In this document: positions 9,508-20,455 of the stretch, piece after piece | Layout: each line of letters opens with the position of its first letter | How positions within the stretch are numbered: position 1 is the stretch's first letter | NCBI GenBank assembly: GCA_963745025.1 | Contig: CAVUWD010000006.1 | Coordinates: 96,001 to 160,000 of the forward strand | DNA length: 64,000 nucleotides | From: an uncultured delta proteobacterium | Lineage (GTDB): Bacteria > Desulfobacterota > Binatia > JACPRU01 | Direction of reading: 5' to 3' | Position numbers and translations under genes: made by a program | The notes under the pieces: generated by a model | What the model was told of the DNA's origin: nothing | The model's database searches: none | The model's input: only the letters and a program-made list of their open reading frames with translations

Positions 9508-10251
9508 CTACGACCGCGTCCCGGTCCTGCGCAGCGGCTTGTCGAGCGCGTCCGGCTTGAACTTGTAGCCGAAGCCGCGGACCGTGAGGATCAGCTCCGG
9601 GTTCGCGTCGTCGCGCTCGATTGCCAGGCGGAGCCTTCGCACGTGAACGTCCACGGTGCGAGGCTCCACGTGCGTATCCGTACCCCACACGAGGTCGAGA
9701 ATGTGGCCGCGAGAGAACGCTCGCTCCGGATTCTGCACGAAGAAGCGCAGCAGCTCGAACTCGCGGAGCGACAGCCGCAGCGGCTTTCCGTCGAGGGTGA
9801 CATCGTAGCCGTCGAGATCGATCCGCAGCCGTCCCCGCTCCCACAACTGGTGCGGCCGCTCGACCTCCGGACCGTACGCCCGGCGCAGCAGTGCCTTCAC
9901 GCGCGCCACGAGCTCGCGGGGACTGAAGGGCTTGGTCACGTAGTCGTCGGCGCCCATCTCGAGCCCGAGCACCTTGTCCACCTCGGTGGCGCGGGCGGTC
10001 AGCATCAGCACCGGCACCTTCGCCGTTCGCTCGTCGGAGCGGAGCACCCGACAGACCTCGAGCCCGTTCATCCCGGGCATCATCAGATCGAGGATGACGA
10101 GGTGCGGGCGATGCTTGCGGGCGAACGCGAGAGCCTGCTCTCCGTCCGCCGCGTCGAGCAGCGTGAAGCCCTCCTGCTCGAGGTTGTAGCGAACGAGGTT
10201 GCGGATGTCTGCCTCGTCCTCGACGACCAGAATCTGGCGGCTCTCGCTCAT
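9508..10251 (-). CDS. phoB: phosphate regulon response regulator (OmpR family)
   Basis: Receiver plus winged helix (RTVDVHVRRLR); lies between phoU and phoR. Confidence 0.93.
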   Translation of the reverse strand: MSESRQILVVEDEADIRNLVRYNLEQEGFTLLDAADGEQALAFARKHRPHLVILDLMMPGMNGLEVCRVLRSDERTAKVPVLMLTARATEVDKVLGLEMGADDYVTKPFSPRELVARVKALLRRAYGPEVERPHQLWERGRLRIDLDGYDVTLDGKPLRLSLREFELLRFFVQNPERAFSRGHILDLVWGTDTHVEPRTVDVHVRRLRLAIERDDANPELILTVRGFGYKFKPDALDKPLRRTGTRS

Positions 10252-10943
10252 TCGAGATCGGAGTCTTCCCCGGGAAGCGACGTGGAGTGACGGATCATCC
10301 TGCCGTCGACCATGAACACCACCATCTCGGCGATGTTCGTGGCGTGGTCGGCGATCCGCTCGAGGTACTTCGAGATCAGCAGGATTTTGGTCGCCCGAGA
10401 GATCGTCTTCGGATCCTCCGCCATGTACGACAAGAGCTCGCGATACACCTGATGCGCGAGCGCGTCGACGACATCGTCCTGATCGATCACCTGCACCGCC
10501 CGCTCGGTATCACGCTGCACGAAGGAATCGAGGCTCGTCCTCACCATCGCCTGCGCCTCCTTCGCCATGCGCGGGATGTCGATGTAGGGCTTGAGGGTCG
10601 GCTCCTCGTTGAGCTCGATGGCCCGCTGGCAGACGTTCACCGCCATGTCGCCGATGCGCTCGAGATCCGTGTTGATCTTGAGCGCGGTGGTCACCAAGCG
10701 CAGGTCTCCGGCGGCCGGCTGATGGAGAGCGATCACCTTCAAGCACTCCTCGTCGATCAGGAGGTCGAGCTGATTGACCTCGCGATCGCGCTCGATCACG
10801 TCGCGGGCGAGGTCGGAATCGCGCTCGACGAGCGATTCGATCGCGCGCGCGATTTGCTGCTCGACGAGCCCGCCCATGCGCAGCAGCAGCTGCTGGAGCG
10901 TCTGAAGCTCGCCCTCGAAGTGTCGATCGGTATGGAGGGTCAT
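10248..10943 (-). CDS. phoU: phosphate signalling protein PhoU
   Basis: QPAAGDLR, DLERIGD, LERIADHATNIAE. Confidence 0.96.
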   Translation of the reverse strand: MTLHTDRHFEGELQTLQQLLLRMGGLVEQQIARAIESLVERDSDLARDVIERDREVNQLDLLIDEECLKVIALHQPAAGDLRLVTTALKINTDLERIGDMAVNVCQRAIELNEEPTLKPYIDIPRMAKEAQAMVRTSLDSFVQRDTERAVQVIDQDDVVDALAHQVYRELLSYMAEDPKTISRATKILLISKYLERIADHATNIAEMVVFMVDGRMIRHSTSLPGEDSDLE

Positions 10944-10959
10944 GGTCGTCTCCTCCCGG

Positions 10960-11862
10960 TCATCCGAACCGACCCGTGACGTAGTCCTCGGTCTCCCGCT
11001 TCTCGGGCGCCGTGAAGATCTTCTCGGTCGGCCCGACCTCGACGAGCCTGCCCAGATAGAGGAACGCGGTGCGATCGGAGACCCGTGCCGCCTGCTGCAT
11101 GTTGTGGGTCACGATGACGATAGTGTAGCGCTCGGAAAGTTCGTGGATCAAAGACTCGACCTTCGTCGTGGCGACCGGGTCGAGCGCGGAGCAGGGTTCG
11201 TCCATGAGGATCACCTCGGGCTCGACGGCGATGGCGCGGGCGATGCACAGCCGCTGTTGTTGTCCCCCGGAGAGCGACAGCGCGCTCTCGTGCAAACGGT
11301 CCTTCACTTCCTCCCAGAGCGCGGCCCCGCGGAGGCTCTTCTCGACCGCGGCGTCGAGCACGTCCTTCCTCCGCGTTCCCGCGATCCGCAGGCCGTACGC
11401 GACGTTCTCGTAGATCGATTTCGGGAAGGGGTTCGACTTCTGGAAGACCATGCCGACACGCTGGCGGAGCGCGACCACGTCCGTGCTCCGGTCGTAGACG
11501 TTGGTGCCGTAGAGGAGGATCTGGCCGCGGATGTCGACGTCGTCGATCAGGTCGTTCATGCGATTCAGACAGCGAAGCAGCGTCGACTTCCCGCACCCCG
11601 AGGGGCCGATGAAGGCCGTCACTCGCCGCTCCGGGATCTCGAGATCGATGTCCTGAAGAGCGACCTTCTCTCCGTAGCGCAGCACCAGATTGCGGATCTC
11701 GATGATCGGGCGCGGCGTTGCTTGGACCGACGGTGCCTCGCCTCCCGAGCCGACCCCGGCAAGCGGACCCGCCGGCTCCAGTTGGACGTTCAAGTTTCGC
11801 TCGGTCACCGTGGTCTCCATGGCCGGTCCTTCCGCACGAGGGCGCACTCCGGGAATCTTCAT
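10960..11862 (-). CDS. pstB: phosphate ABC transporter ATPase
   Basis: [37 protein letters not shown]; alternative start ATG 11820. Confidence 0.96.
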   Translation of the reverse strand: MKIPGVRPRAEGPAMETTVTERNLNVQLEPAGPLAGVGSGGEAPSVQATPRPIIEIRNLVLRYGEKVALQDIDLEIPERRVTAFIGPSGCGKSTLLRCLNRMNDLIDDVDIRGQILLYGTNVYDRSTDVVALRQRVGMVFQKSNPFPKSIYENVAYGLRIAGTRRKDVLDAAVEKSLRGAALWEEVKDRLHESALSLSGGQQQRLCIARAIAVEPEVILMDEPCSALDPVATTKVESLIHELSERYTIVIVTHNMQQAARVSDRTAFLYLGRLVEVGPTEKIFTAPEKRETEDYVTGRFG

Positions 11863-13478
11863 AGCGCTGCGAGCTGGAACCGCTTTCTCAGCCGGTTCCG
11901 GATGGTGATCGCGGCCAAGTTGAGCAGCAGCACGATCGCCAGTAGCAGGACCGTCGTCATGTAGACCATCGGTCGCGCCGCATCGACGTTCGGCGACTGG
12001 AAGCCGACGTCGTAAATGTGGAAGCCGAGATGCATGAACTTGCGCTCGAGATGGAAGAACGGGAAGAATCCGTCGAGCGGCAGCGCGGGCGCAAGCTTGA
12101 CGACTCCGGTGATCATCAGGGGGGCCACTTCGCCGGCGGCGCGCGCCATCGCCAGGATGAGACCGGTGAGGATCGAAGGCAAGACCGCCGGAAGAACGAC
12201 GCGCCACGTGGTCTCGAACTTCGTCGCGGCGAGCGCGATCGAAGCCTCGCGGACGCCGCGGGGCACGGCGGCGAGCCCTTCTTCGGTGGCCACGATCACC
12301 ACCGGAACGGTGAGGAGCGCTAAGGTTAGAGATGCCCACAAGATGCCGCCCGTCCCGAACGTCGGCGTGGGCAACGCCTCGGCAAAGAACCACCGATCGA
12401 TGGTTCCTCCGATCGTGTAGATGAAGAAGCCGACGCCGAACACGCCGAACACGATCGACGGCACCCCCGCGAGGTTGTTCACGGCGATCCTCACGGCGCT
12501 GACGAACGGTCCCTGTCGAGCGTACTCGCGGAGATAGAGCGCGGCAACCACGCCGAGCGGAGTCACCAGCACGCTCATGATGAGCACCATCATCACGGTG
12601 CCGAAGATCGCCGGAAACACACCCCCCTCGGTATTCGATTCGCGCGGGTCGGTCGACACGAACTCCCACATCTTGGCGAGATAGAAGCCGGTCTTCTCCA
12701 GCGTCCCCATGCGGTTCGGCCGATAGGCGCGCACGAGCTTGTCGAACGGGATCTCGAGCGTGCGCCCGTCCCCCGTCATCGCAACGAGCGTCGTTTTCTC
12801 CGTCTGACGGAGCTGCTCGAGCCGCTTCAGGCTCGCGCCATATTGCTCGTAGAGCGCCGCGATGCGGTCGGCGATCTCGTCGACTTCCGGCCCGCTCGTG
12901 ACGCCGCGGAGCTCGAGACGGCGACGCTCGAGGCGAGCGCGCTCTTGAGCGTAATTGTTTGCTCCGATCTCCTGCTTCTCGATCGAGCGGATCTCCTCGT
13001 GAATCCGCTGCACTTCCGGCAGGCGGGCTTCGAGCGCTCGCCACGCGGCCTCGGGCCCGGTCGCCACCGTGCGCGCACCGTGGCGCACCGCCGAGATCGT
13101 CCCGAAGAAGTTCCCCCACTCGCGGCGCTCGAGCGCCACGAGGTCGTCGGGGCGTTCGCGCCGCACGATGTTTGAATCGTCGATCCAGACGAAATCCGAG
13201 CCGAAGACGTCGCGATCTCCGCGCTTTACCTGGATGCGGTAGCGAACCGGCGTTTCCAGGGAGGCTCCGGGGTTCGGAATCGCCTCTCGCGCGCTCACCT
13301 CACCAACGACGATGCTGCCGCCGTCGAGAGTGAAGCGCTCGAGATCGCGCGGCCAAAAGAATCCGAGGCCGTTGACGAGGATGAGGAGCACCAGCCCTGC
13401 CACCATCAGCAAGCTGAGGGCCAGCATCGCCCCGGCGAGCCACACGAAGGGATCACCGCTTCGCCAGAATGCCTTCAT
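11859..13478 (-). CDS. pstA: phosphate ABC permease PstA, long type with periplasmic insertion
   Basis: [37 protein letters not shown]; ATGA overlaps with neighbours. Confidence 0.95.
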   Translation of the reverse strand: MKAFWRSGDPFVWLAGAMLALSLLMVAGLVLLILVNGLGFFWPRDLERFTLDGGSIVVGEVSAREAIPNPGASLETPVRYRIQVKRGDRDVFGSDFVWIDDSNIVRRERPDDLVALERREWGNFFGTISAVRHGARTVATGPEAAWRALEARLPEVQRIHEEIRSIEKQEIGANNYAQERARLERRRLELRGVTSGPEVDEIADRIAALYEQYGASLKRLEQLRQTEKTTLVAMTGDGRTLEIPFDKLVRAYRPNRMGTLEKTGFYLAKMWEFVSTDPRESNTEGGVFPAIFGTVMMVLIMSVLVTPLGVVAALYLREYARQGPFVSAVRIAVNNLAGVPSIVFGVFGVGFFIYTIGGTIDRWFFAEALPTPTFGTGGILWASLTLALLTVPVVIVATEEGLAAVPRGVREASIALAATKFETTWRVVLPAVLPSILTGLILAMARAAGEVAPLMITGVVKLAPALPLDGFFPFFHLERKFMHLGFHIYDVGFQSPNVDAARPMVYMTTVLLLAIVLLLNLAAITIRNRLRKRFQLAAL

Positions 13479-15742
13479 AGAGTCCGGTACTTCTGGCGGA
13501 GCCGCAGGCGGATGAGCTCCGCCGCGGTGTTCAACAGGAACGTCAGCGCGAACAGCAAGAGCGCCGCGACGAACAGCACGCGGAACAGCGTCCCGCCATC
13601 CGGTGCTTCGGGAAGCTCGACGGCGACGTTTGCAGAGAGAGCGCGAAAGCCGTTGAAGGGCGACCAGTTCATGATCGGTGTGTTGCCGGTCGCCATCAGC
13701 ACGATCATGGTCTCGCCCACCGCGCGGCCGAACCCGATCATGACGGCCGAGAAGATCCCCGGGCTCGCGCTCGGTAGTACGACACGCACGGCCGTTTGCC
13801 ACGGGGTCGCGCCGAGCGCCAGCGAGCCCGCCGTGAGGTGCGGGGGTACGTTGGCAAGCGAGTCCTCCGCGATCGTGAAGATCACCGGGATCACGGCGAA
13901 CCCCATCGCCAGGCCGACGACGATCGAGTTTCGCTGATCGTACGTCACGCCGAGCGCAGACATGAGCCAGCTTCGGTAATCGCCGCCGAGCAGCGTCGCC
14001 TCGATCCACCGCCCGCAGCCGAACGACAGCCAGAGCCCCGCGATCACTACCGGCATCAGAACGAACACCTCGGTCCCGGGCCGCAGCCGCAGGCGCCACT
14101 CGCCGGGGAGGGTCCGCCAGCCGCCCAGGACGGCGAGCACGAGCGCCGAGGTGATCAAGGGGGAAAGGATCAGTCCCGGCACCACCCGCTCGATGTTTGG
14201 CGCCAGCCACAGGCCCGCCATGAAGCCGAGAACCACGCTCGGCAGCGCCGCCATGACCTCGACCGTCGGCTTGACGATCGCCTTCAGGCGCGGGTGCATG
14301 AACTGCGAAGCGTAGAGGGCACTCGCGAGCGCGATCGGCACGGCGACGAGCATCGCGTAGACCGTACCCTTCAGCGTGCCGAAGAGCAGTGGGATGAGCG
14401 AAAGCTTGGGCTCGAAGTCGTCGGTGCCGCCGGTCGATTGCCAGACGTAGTCCGGCCGGTCGTACCCCTCGTACCAGAGCTTGCCGAAGAGGGCCCGCAG
14501 GCTCACCTCGGGATGAAGGCAATCGACGTCCCAGCGAAGCAGCCGCCCCGCTCGATCGCCCGCGATCAGGCCGTTCGACTTGGGGGCGAAGGAGAGGGCG
14601 GTCGCGCCGGCGTCGCCGGCGCGAAGCTCGAGCAGCGTTTTTCCCGTCGTGCCGTAGTCGAAGCGAAGCGCTCCGCTCCGATCACCGGTCCAGAAACCCT
14701 TGTGTCGGCGCGAGGCTGAGAACGTCGCGACGGGGGTGGCATACGACGGGAAGTCGTGGATGCGGGTGAGCTCGGGCTCGCCTTCGGCGCCGCGCAGGAG
14801 CTGCCAGGTCGCGACTCCGCCTGCCTCGTCTCCGACGACGAACGTGCGATCGCCGATCAAGAAGCCGAGCACGGTGATCCCCGCGCCCGCTCGGCTGGAC
14901 GCCGATTTCGGCATCGTGAGGCGGACCTCGCGTCCGCGTAACTCCGCGCGTACGAGCTCACCTTTGGTGGTGCCGACGAAGAGGTTGTCGCCACGGCTAT
15001 CAGTCGCGAGAGCGGAAACACCGCCTTCCGTGGCGAGGTCGATCGTGCTCCGCGACGCCTGGCGCGTCGTCTCGCCGAGCAGCGAGGTTTCCTCGGTGGA
15101 GCGGACGACGACGATCTGCTTCGCATCGACGGAAGCCGCAGTCACCGAAGCGCCCTCGCGCGCGGCGTGCGCGAGCACCCGAATCGCACGGCCGCCCGCA
15201 TCGATCTCGACCGGCTCGAGCGGCCGCACCTCGCCCTCGACACGGCGGGCGCCGCCGTCTCCTCGAGAATGGAATCCGATCTCGAGCGGCAGCACTCTTC
15301 CGTCGGAAAGCCCGAGCGCCAGCGAGCGTCCGCCGAGGCTCGACACCGCGGTGACTTTCGCGGCTCCGAGCCCCGGCAGGTCGGCGGTCCCTGCGTTCGA
15401 ACCGTCCGTGAGCGACACGAAGCGCATGCCCGCTTCGGTCACCACGGCAGCCGCCGCTTGATACTCGTCGGTCTCGATGGCGAGCACGCGGCCGTCGAGT
15501 GCGGGTTTCACCGCGGCGAGAGGAACGGCCGTCGCCGATCGAAGCAACGGATAGATCTCGCCGACGAGTACCAGCAGGATGGCCAGAATCGACCCGATGA
15601 TGACGACGCCGCCCAGAGTCACGACGTAGCGCGCCGCGCGATCGAGGAACGTGCGCCGAGCGAAGCGGGTCGAGAAGACACGCAGCGCTGGAGCCGTGCG
15701 CTCCGGCCCCACCGCCGAGATCACTTTCGTGTCAGGGGCCAT
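13475..15742 (-). CDS. pstC: phosphate ABC permease PstC with N-terminal beta-propeller-like domain
   Basis: YVWQSTGGTDDFEPKLSLIPL, GRAVGETMIVLMATGN. Confidence 0.95.
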   Translation of the reverse strand: MAPDTKVISAVGPERTAPALRVFSTRFARRTFLDRAARYVVTLGGVVIIGSILAILLVLVGEIYPLLRSATAVPLAAVKPALDGRVLAIETDEYQAAAAVVTEAGMRFVSLTDGSNAGTADLPGLGAAKVTAVSSLGGRSLALGLSDGRVLPLEIGFHSRGDGGARRVEGEVRPLEPVEIDAGGRAIRVLAHAAREGASVTAASVDAKQIVVVRSTEETSLLGETTRQASRSTIDLATEGGVSALATDSRGDNLFVGTTKGELVRAELRGREVRLTMPKSASSRAGAGITVLGFLIGDRTFVVGDEAGGVATWQLLRGAEGEPELTRIHDFPSYATPVATFSASRRHKGFWTGDRSGALRFDYGTTGKTLLELRAGDAGATALSFAPKSNGLIAGDRAGRLLRWDVDCLHPEVSLRALFGKLWYEGYDRPDYVWQSTGGTDDFEPKLSLIPLLFGTLKGTVYAMLVAVPIALASALYASQFMHPRLKAIVKPTVEVMAALPSVVLGFMAGLWLAPNIERVVPGLILSPLITSALVLAVLGGWRTLPGEWRLRLRPGTEVFVLMPVVIAGLWLSFGCGRWIEATLLGGDYRSWLMSALGVTYDQRNSIVVGLAMGFAVIPVIFTIAEDSLANVPPHLTAGSLALGATPWQTAVRVVLPSASPGIFSAVMIGFGRAVGETMIVLMATGNTPIMNWSPFNGFRALSANVAVELPEAPDGGTLFRVLFVAALLLFALTFLLNTAAELIRLRLRQKYRTL

Positions 15743-15767
15743 GGGCTTGCGTCCCGCCCCCGCGGCG

Positions 15768-16752
15768 CTAGTCGACCTTCTTCAGGTCGTCCTCGAGAAC
15801 CACGAGCGGCAACGGGAAATAGCCATCCTTCAGCACTTCCTCCTGCCCGTCCTTGGAGAGCACCATCTTCAGGAACTCGCGCGTGAGCGGCTCCAGGGGC
15901 TTGCCGGTCGGCTTGTTGACATAGATGTATAGGAAACGCGCGATCGGGTATTTCCCGGAATACGCGTTCTCCGCGCTCGCTTCGACGCAGCTGCCGCCCT
16001 GCTCCTTCGACAACCTTGACGGCACGCACTCCCGGCGTCACGTAGCCGATGCCGCTGTAGCCGATGCCGTAGCGGTCCACGGTGACGCCTTGCACGACCG
16101 ACGCCGACCCTGGCTGCTCTTTCACTTCGTCCTTGTAGTCGCCGTTCCCGAGCACGTGCTCCTTGAAGAATCCGTACGTGCCCGAGGCGGAGTTGCGGCC
16201 GTAGAGACTGATCGGCCTGTCGGCCCAGTCGCCCTTGAGGCCGACCTGGCCCCAGGTCTTGATGTCTTCCTTGTAGCCCGAGCGACGCGACTTCGAGAAG
16301 ATCGCATCGATCTGGGGGAAGCTCAGGCATTCGATCGGGTTGTCCTTGTTGACGAACACCGCAAGCGAATCGACGGCGACCCGTACGGCGGTCGGCTTGT
16401 AGCCGAACTTCTTCTCGAAGTCGTCGATTTCCGTGTTCTTCATCGCGCGCGACATCGGGCCGAGCTGCGACGTGCCCGTGATCAGCGCCGGAGGCGCCGT
16501 GCTCGAGCCCTTGCCTTCGACCTGGATCTTGACGTTCGGGTAGAACTTGTTGAACTTCTCGCTCCAGAACGTCATCAGGTTGTTCAGCGTGTCCGAGCCG
16601 ACGCTCGACAGGCTCCCCGAGACGCCCCCGACCGTCTTGTACGGCTCGAGCTTGGGATCGACCAAGGCCGGGGCGGCCCACGCACGCGACACCAGGCCGA
16701 CGGCCATCAGAACCGCCGCCAGCCAGAGATTTCGTTGGCTCTTTCTTCCCAT
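15768..16752 (-). CDS. pstS: phosphate-binding protein PstS; one frameshift near 16010, probably a sequencing error
   Basis: GSDTLNNL, GKGSSTAP, GRNSASGTY in ORF 15721-16752; C-terminus YPIARFLYIYVNK in ORF 15768-16025; GAGGAGG RBS. Confidence 0.92.
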
Positions 16753-16770
16753 TCGTCTCTCCTCCTCTCA

Positions 16771-16813
16771 AACCTACATTGCGTTTGTTACGAGAATGTT
16801 AACTTTCGGTGAC
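16771..16813 (-). promoter_or_regulatory. Pho box (3 half-sites) plus -10 of pstS
   Basis: Minus strand GTCAC-N6-TTAAC-N6-GTAAC-N10-TAGGTT. Confidence 0.85.
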
Positions 16814-16839
16814 GGTTCATCCGGGATCCACACGTCTGG

Positions 16840-18232
16840 TTAAAACTTGGTGAGCACATCCACCTGCCAGCGATAATCCTGATTCGAGTTACGGCCCGGC
16901 ACGTTGTCGACCGGCTTGTCGATCCAGACAGTGGACAAAAGCGATAGGTACTTCGTCAGCACGTAACCCGTCTGGAGGATATGAGCCTTGGTATTGGTGC
17001 CCCCGTTGCGGCCGAAGTCGCTGTCGGAAAAGGCTGAGACCACCGCGTCGGTCTCCAGGTATTCGTAGGCGTAGGTGAAGAAAAAGTCTCCAGCGTCCTT
17101 GTAGTTGCCGATCGTGATGCCGCCCTGGGCGCCCATATCGTTGTTGCTGGCTTCGGTATTCTCGACGAAGTCACCGAACACGCGCAGCGGGAACCTAAGG
17201 TCAAAAAGGCATATCGGGATCAGCACGTCCGTACCGACGTTCAGGTCGTTGAACGCGGTGTTGAACTTGGTGATCGTGATCGGTTTGCCGGGAATCGTCG
17301 CGCCGGTCACGGGGTCCACCGTCGGCGCCGTCGTACCGTTCTTGTTCGGCCCCGCCTTCGACGGGTCGACCGGCAGCCCGCCGACCACCTCGCCGTCCGA
17401 CAGCGTCACGAAGTTGGTGATGCTGAGCGAGCTGTTGCTGTTGCGCGCCACTGCGATCGAGCTCGGGTCGTTATAGTGGTAGTCGGCCACGCCGACGGTC
17501 CAGAGCGCACCGCCCAGAGCCGCGGTTCCGAGGCCCTGGAAGCCGTAGATCGCCGCCTCGCCGGTGTTGCTGTTCTCCTGGAAGATCCATTGCCCGAGGT
17601 TCAATGCCAGAGTCCGCAGGAACCCTTCCTTCTCGTCGACGAGCTTCAGGCTCTCGAAGAAGCCCTTCGGGAGTGAGGTCCTTGTCAAAGACCAACATGT
17701 TCGGCGACGGTGGCACGTACATCGGCTGGTCGAACTTGCCGCCCATCAGCGTCACCCAGGGGCGCTCCAGGCCGATCGACTTGTACGGCGTGAGCTTGAT
17801 GTAGGCGTTGGCGATGTTGATGTTCTTGAAGGTGAACTCGTCGGTGAAGGTCTGATTGTTGGAGATCGGGTCGTTGGCGTTGCCGCTGGCGAGCTTGAAG
17901 CCGCTCTCGAGCTCGTCGTTCGGCTTGATCTTCGCGCCGAAGCGGAGCCGGAAGCGCTGGCGGATGCGGTCGGCAGTGCCGCTTTGGAAGAAGGACTCGT
18001 TGCGGAGCCGCACGTCCCCGAAGAGCGTCACCATCTTCACCCACTCGGGCAGCGCCGGGATCGACGAGACGGCTTTCTCGGTCGTCGCCTGCTGCTTCTC
18101 CTTCGCGGCCTTCGCCTCGTTGGCCTCGACGGCATCGATGACACCCTTTTCCTTCAGGATGTCCTCGAGATCGCGCGCCGCGGCCGTGGTCGCGAGCAGG
18201 CAGACGGTCAGCCACACCAGCCTCTTCTTCAT
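16840..18232 (-). CDS. putative porin, copy 2 (frameshift near 17670)
   Basis: Near-identical to 3936-5336; split into ORFs 17471-18232 and 16840-17688. Confidence 0.85.
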
Positions 18233-18343
18233 CGATCGTCTCCTCTTGTTTGGATCGTTCTCGACCGCGAGCGTTTCGACAGCCCCTAGTGTCGACCTCT
18301 CGTTCGGGCCGATCCGTTTGGTGGCCGACTACACCAGAGGCCG

Positions 18344-18381
18344 GTTACAACCGGAGTGCGAGAACGTGAACGTTTGATGAA
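18344..18381 (-). promoter_or_regulatory. Pho-box-like array upstream of porin 2
   Basis: Minus strand TTCAT-N6-TTCAC-N6-gcact-N6-GTAAC. Confidence 0.6.
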
Positions 18382-18445
18382 TATGGCTGTCCGAGAATGA
18401 ACGCGGAATTTCGGGCACCTGGAGAGCTCACGCACCTGCCCGGAT

Positions 18446-18483
18446 TTCACCGTGAATTCACGATGCGGTGAGCCTCCCGTAAC
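18446..18483 (+). promoter_or_regulatory. Pho-box-like array upstream of single-domain response regulator
   Basis: TTCAC(18446)-TTCAC(18457)-GTGAG(18468)-GTAAC(18479), 11-bp period. Confidence 0.6.
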
Positions 18484-18506
18484 GCCGATGTGCGAACACA
18501 TTGTTC

Positions 18507-19004
18507 ATGAGACTTGAGACGCGCTCGGTGGAATGGCGGGGCGGGAGGCCGGCGTGGGTGACCGAGTCGGACGACGACGCCTGCCCGATCTGCAATCGCA
18601 GCCATCGTGCCGCCGACCGGAGCGTCCCGTCGCGGATTCTCGTCGCCGAGGACGATCCGTCGATCGCCAACCTGATTGCCTACAACCTAAACCAAGATGG
18701 GCATCTCCTCACGGTCGTCGCGGACGGCACTGCGGCGCTGCGGGCGCTCCGCGAGTCGCCGGCGGATCTGCTGATCCTCGATCTCCTGCTGCCGCTGCAG
18801 AGCGGCTGGCAGGTGCTGCGCGAGCTACGCTCGCGGCGCGAGCCGCGGTTCGCCGCGCTGCCGGTGCTCGTGGTGAGCGCCCTCGCGTGCGAGCGGCTGG
18901 AGCGCGAACTCGAGCGGAGCGGTGCGCAACGCGTGCTCGGCAAGCCGTTCTCCGTAGCGGGGCTCCGCGAGAGCGTGCGTGACCTGTTGGAAGGCGTTTC
19001 ATGA
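18507..19004 (+). CDS. single-domain response regulator with N-terminal CxxC extension
   Basis: ILVAEDD, LILDLLLP, VVSA, GKPF; no output domain; start uncertain. Confidence 0.82.
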   Translation: MRLETRSVEWRGGRPAWVTESDDDACPICNRSHRAADRSVPSRILVAEDDPSIANLIAYNLNQDGHLLTVVADGTAALRALRESPADLLILDLLLPLQSGWQVLRELRSRREPRFAALPVLVVSALACERLERELERSGAQRVLGKPFSVAGLRESVRDLLEGVS

Positions 19005-19173
19005 GAGCGTGATCATCCGCTCATGCGTACGTAACCGCCGCAGAGTAGAAGATTCCCGGCGAGGCGATCCGCGAAATCGTCTCGTGAAAAGCGAGAGAGC
19101 CGCCCATCATCCCCGGCTCTCCTCCCGGGGGGCGGCCGGCAATGGCCGTCCCCCCACCCACCCAGCCGCGGAA

Positions 19174-19227
19174 TTCACCTCGATTTCACCCGATGCTCAT
19201 CCCGCCGAAGCCTGCGCCTGTTACCGT
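19174..19227 (+). promoter_or_regulatory. Pho-box-like array plus -10
   Basis: TTCAC(19174)-TTCAC(19185)-CTCAT(19196), then TGtTACCGT with hexamer at 19222. Confidence 0.7.
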
Positions 19228-19249
19228 TCGGGCTGATCGGAGGTGCACC

Positions 19250-19447
19250 ATGTTGCTGCGAATCGCCTGCGTCCGCTGTCGCCTGGCCTCGCTCTGGACC
19301 GACGAGCCGGGTTGCTTCCTGGCCACCGTTTGTTGCGATCCGCGGCGCTGCGAAGCGAAGCTGCTCGACGAGGAATTCCGCGGCGTGAGCCTGCCGCCGC
19401 TCGTCGAACCGCGCGGACCGCGCCCCGAGAGACGGGCCAAGCTTTAG
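19250..19447 (+). CDS. small Cys-rich hypothetical protein (65 aa)
   Basis: GGAGG RBS 6 nt before ATG 19250; MLLRIACVRC...GCFLATVCCDPRRC. Confidence 0.65.
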   Translation: MLLRIACVRCRLASLWTDEPGCFLATVCCDPRRCEAKLLDEEFRGVSLPPLVEPRGPRPERRAKL

Positions 19448-19518
19448 AGCGGCACGCTTCCATGCTACGCATCCCCAGGATCGGGCCCGCCGGGGCCGCG
19501 CCCTCCTCGTTCACTCCG

Positions 19519-20289
19519 ATGCCCGAGAGCCAGTTCAACGCCGTCGCCTTCGTCGAAAACGTCTCCCTCCGGGACTGGGCGACCCTCTTCCCCGCTGCAA
19601 AACGCTCGACTCACGAGCTGCGCTCCGCGCTCGCCGGCGGCGGTGAGGTCTTCGCCTATCCGTTCGGGGCGGTGGTTTTTCGCGATGTGCCGCCGGCACG
19701 GCGCGAAGCCGAGCTCGAGAGGCTTCGCCGGGCGTATCCCGCGCTGTCGCCGCCGGCGACGCAGGAGCAGTTCTCCGTCCGCGAGGACTCGACGGCGAAG
19801 GCCGGGGTGACCCAAGGCGCGCTCGTTCTCGATCAGCTGACCGAGGACCGCATCGGCGTGGTCGCCCACACCGTCGCCCAGAGTGCGGCGCTCGAGTACT
19901 ACGAGCACATCGTGGAGGATCTTTTCGCCCGCACCGACAAGCTCGTCGACCGCCTCGAGATGCGCGGCACGGTGTCGCTCTGGACGCGACCGCTCCATCG
20001 CTTCATCGGCGCCGCGGTGGGCGCCCGCAACGAAGTGCTCGCCGTGCTCCACCTGCTCGACAAGCCCGACGAGACTTGGGAAGACCCGGTGATGAACCGG
20101 ATCTACGACGAGCTGCGGGCCGAGTTCGACCTGGCCGACCGCTTTCAAGCGCTCGAGCTGAAGCTCCGTAGCGTCCAGGAGGCGCTGGAGCTCGTGCTCG
20201 GCGTCGCTCGCGACCGACGCCTTCTGCTGCTCGAGATCGCCATCGTGATCCTCTTCTGCATGGAAGTCGCGGCTGGCCTTCTGCGTTGA
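19519..20289 (+). CDS. RMD1/DUF155 family protein
   Basis: FAYPFGAVVF, AQSAALEYYE, LLDKPDETWED, EFDLADRF, C-terminal LEIAIVIL TM; alternative start 19462. Confidence 0.88.
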   Translation: MPESQFNAVAFVENVSLRDWATLFPAAKRSTHELRSALAGGGEVFAYPFGAVVFRDVPPARREAELERLRRAYPALSPPATQEQFSVREDSTAKAGVTQGALVLDQLTEDRIGVVAHTVAQSAALEYYEHIVEDLFARTDKLVDRLEMRGTVSLWTRPLHRFIGAAVGARNEVLAVLHLLDKPDETWEDPVMNRIYDELRAEFDLADRFQALELKLRSVQEALELVLGVARDRRLLLLEIAIVILFCMEVAAGLLR

Positions 20290-20320
20290 CTGACGACCGC
20301 TTCCGCTCGCGAGCAGCGCT

Positions 20321-20455
20321 CTATCGTGCGCGGAGCGCGGGCGATTCGCCGAAGAGCTCTAGGACGAGCTCGTTGAGCATGCGCTCGACGAGCCGCGAGA
20401 GAACGATCGCGCCGAAGGTCGCCATTGCGACGACGGCAAAGGCGAAGTCCATCAT
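20321..20455 (-). CDS. unannotated small membrane protein (44 aa)
   Basis: MMDFAFAVVAMATFGAIVLSRLVERMLNELVLELFGESPALRAR; ATG overlaps upstream TGA (ATGA). Confidence 0.55.
   Translation of the reverse strand: MMDFAFAVVAMATFGAIVLSRLVERMLNELVLELFGESPALRAR

Noticed and set aside
11859-15742. Very long PstC/PstA with extra domains as a novelty
   Set aside because: Long PstC (propeller-like) and PstA forms are already known, e.g. the Pseudomonas type
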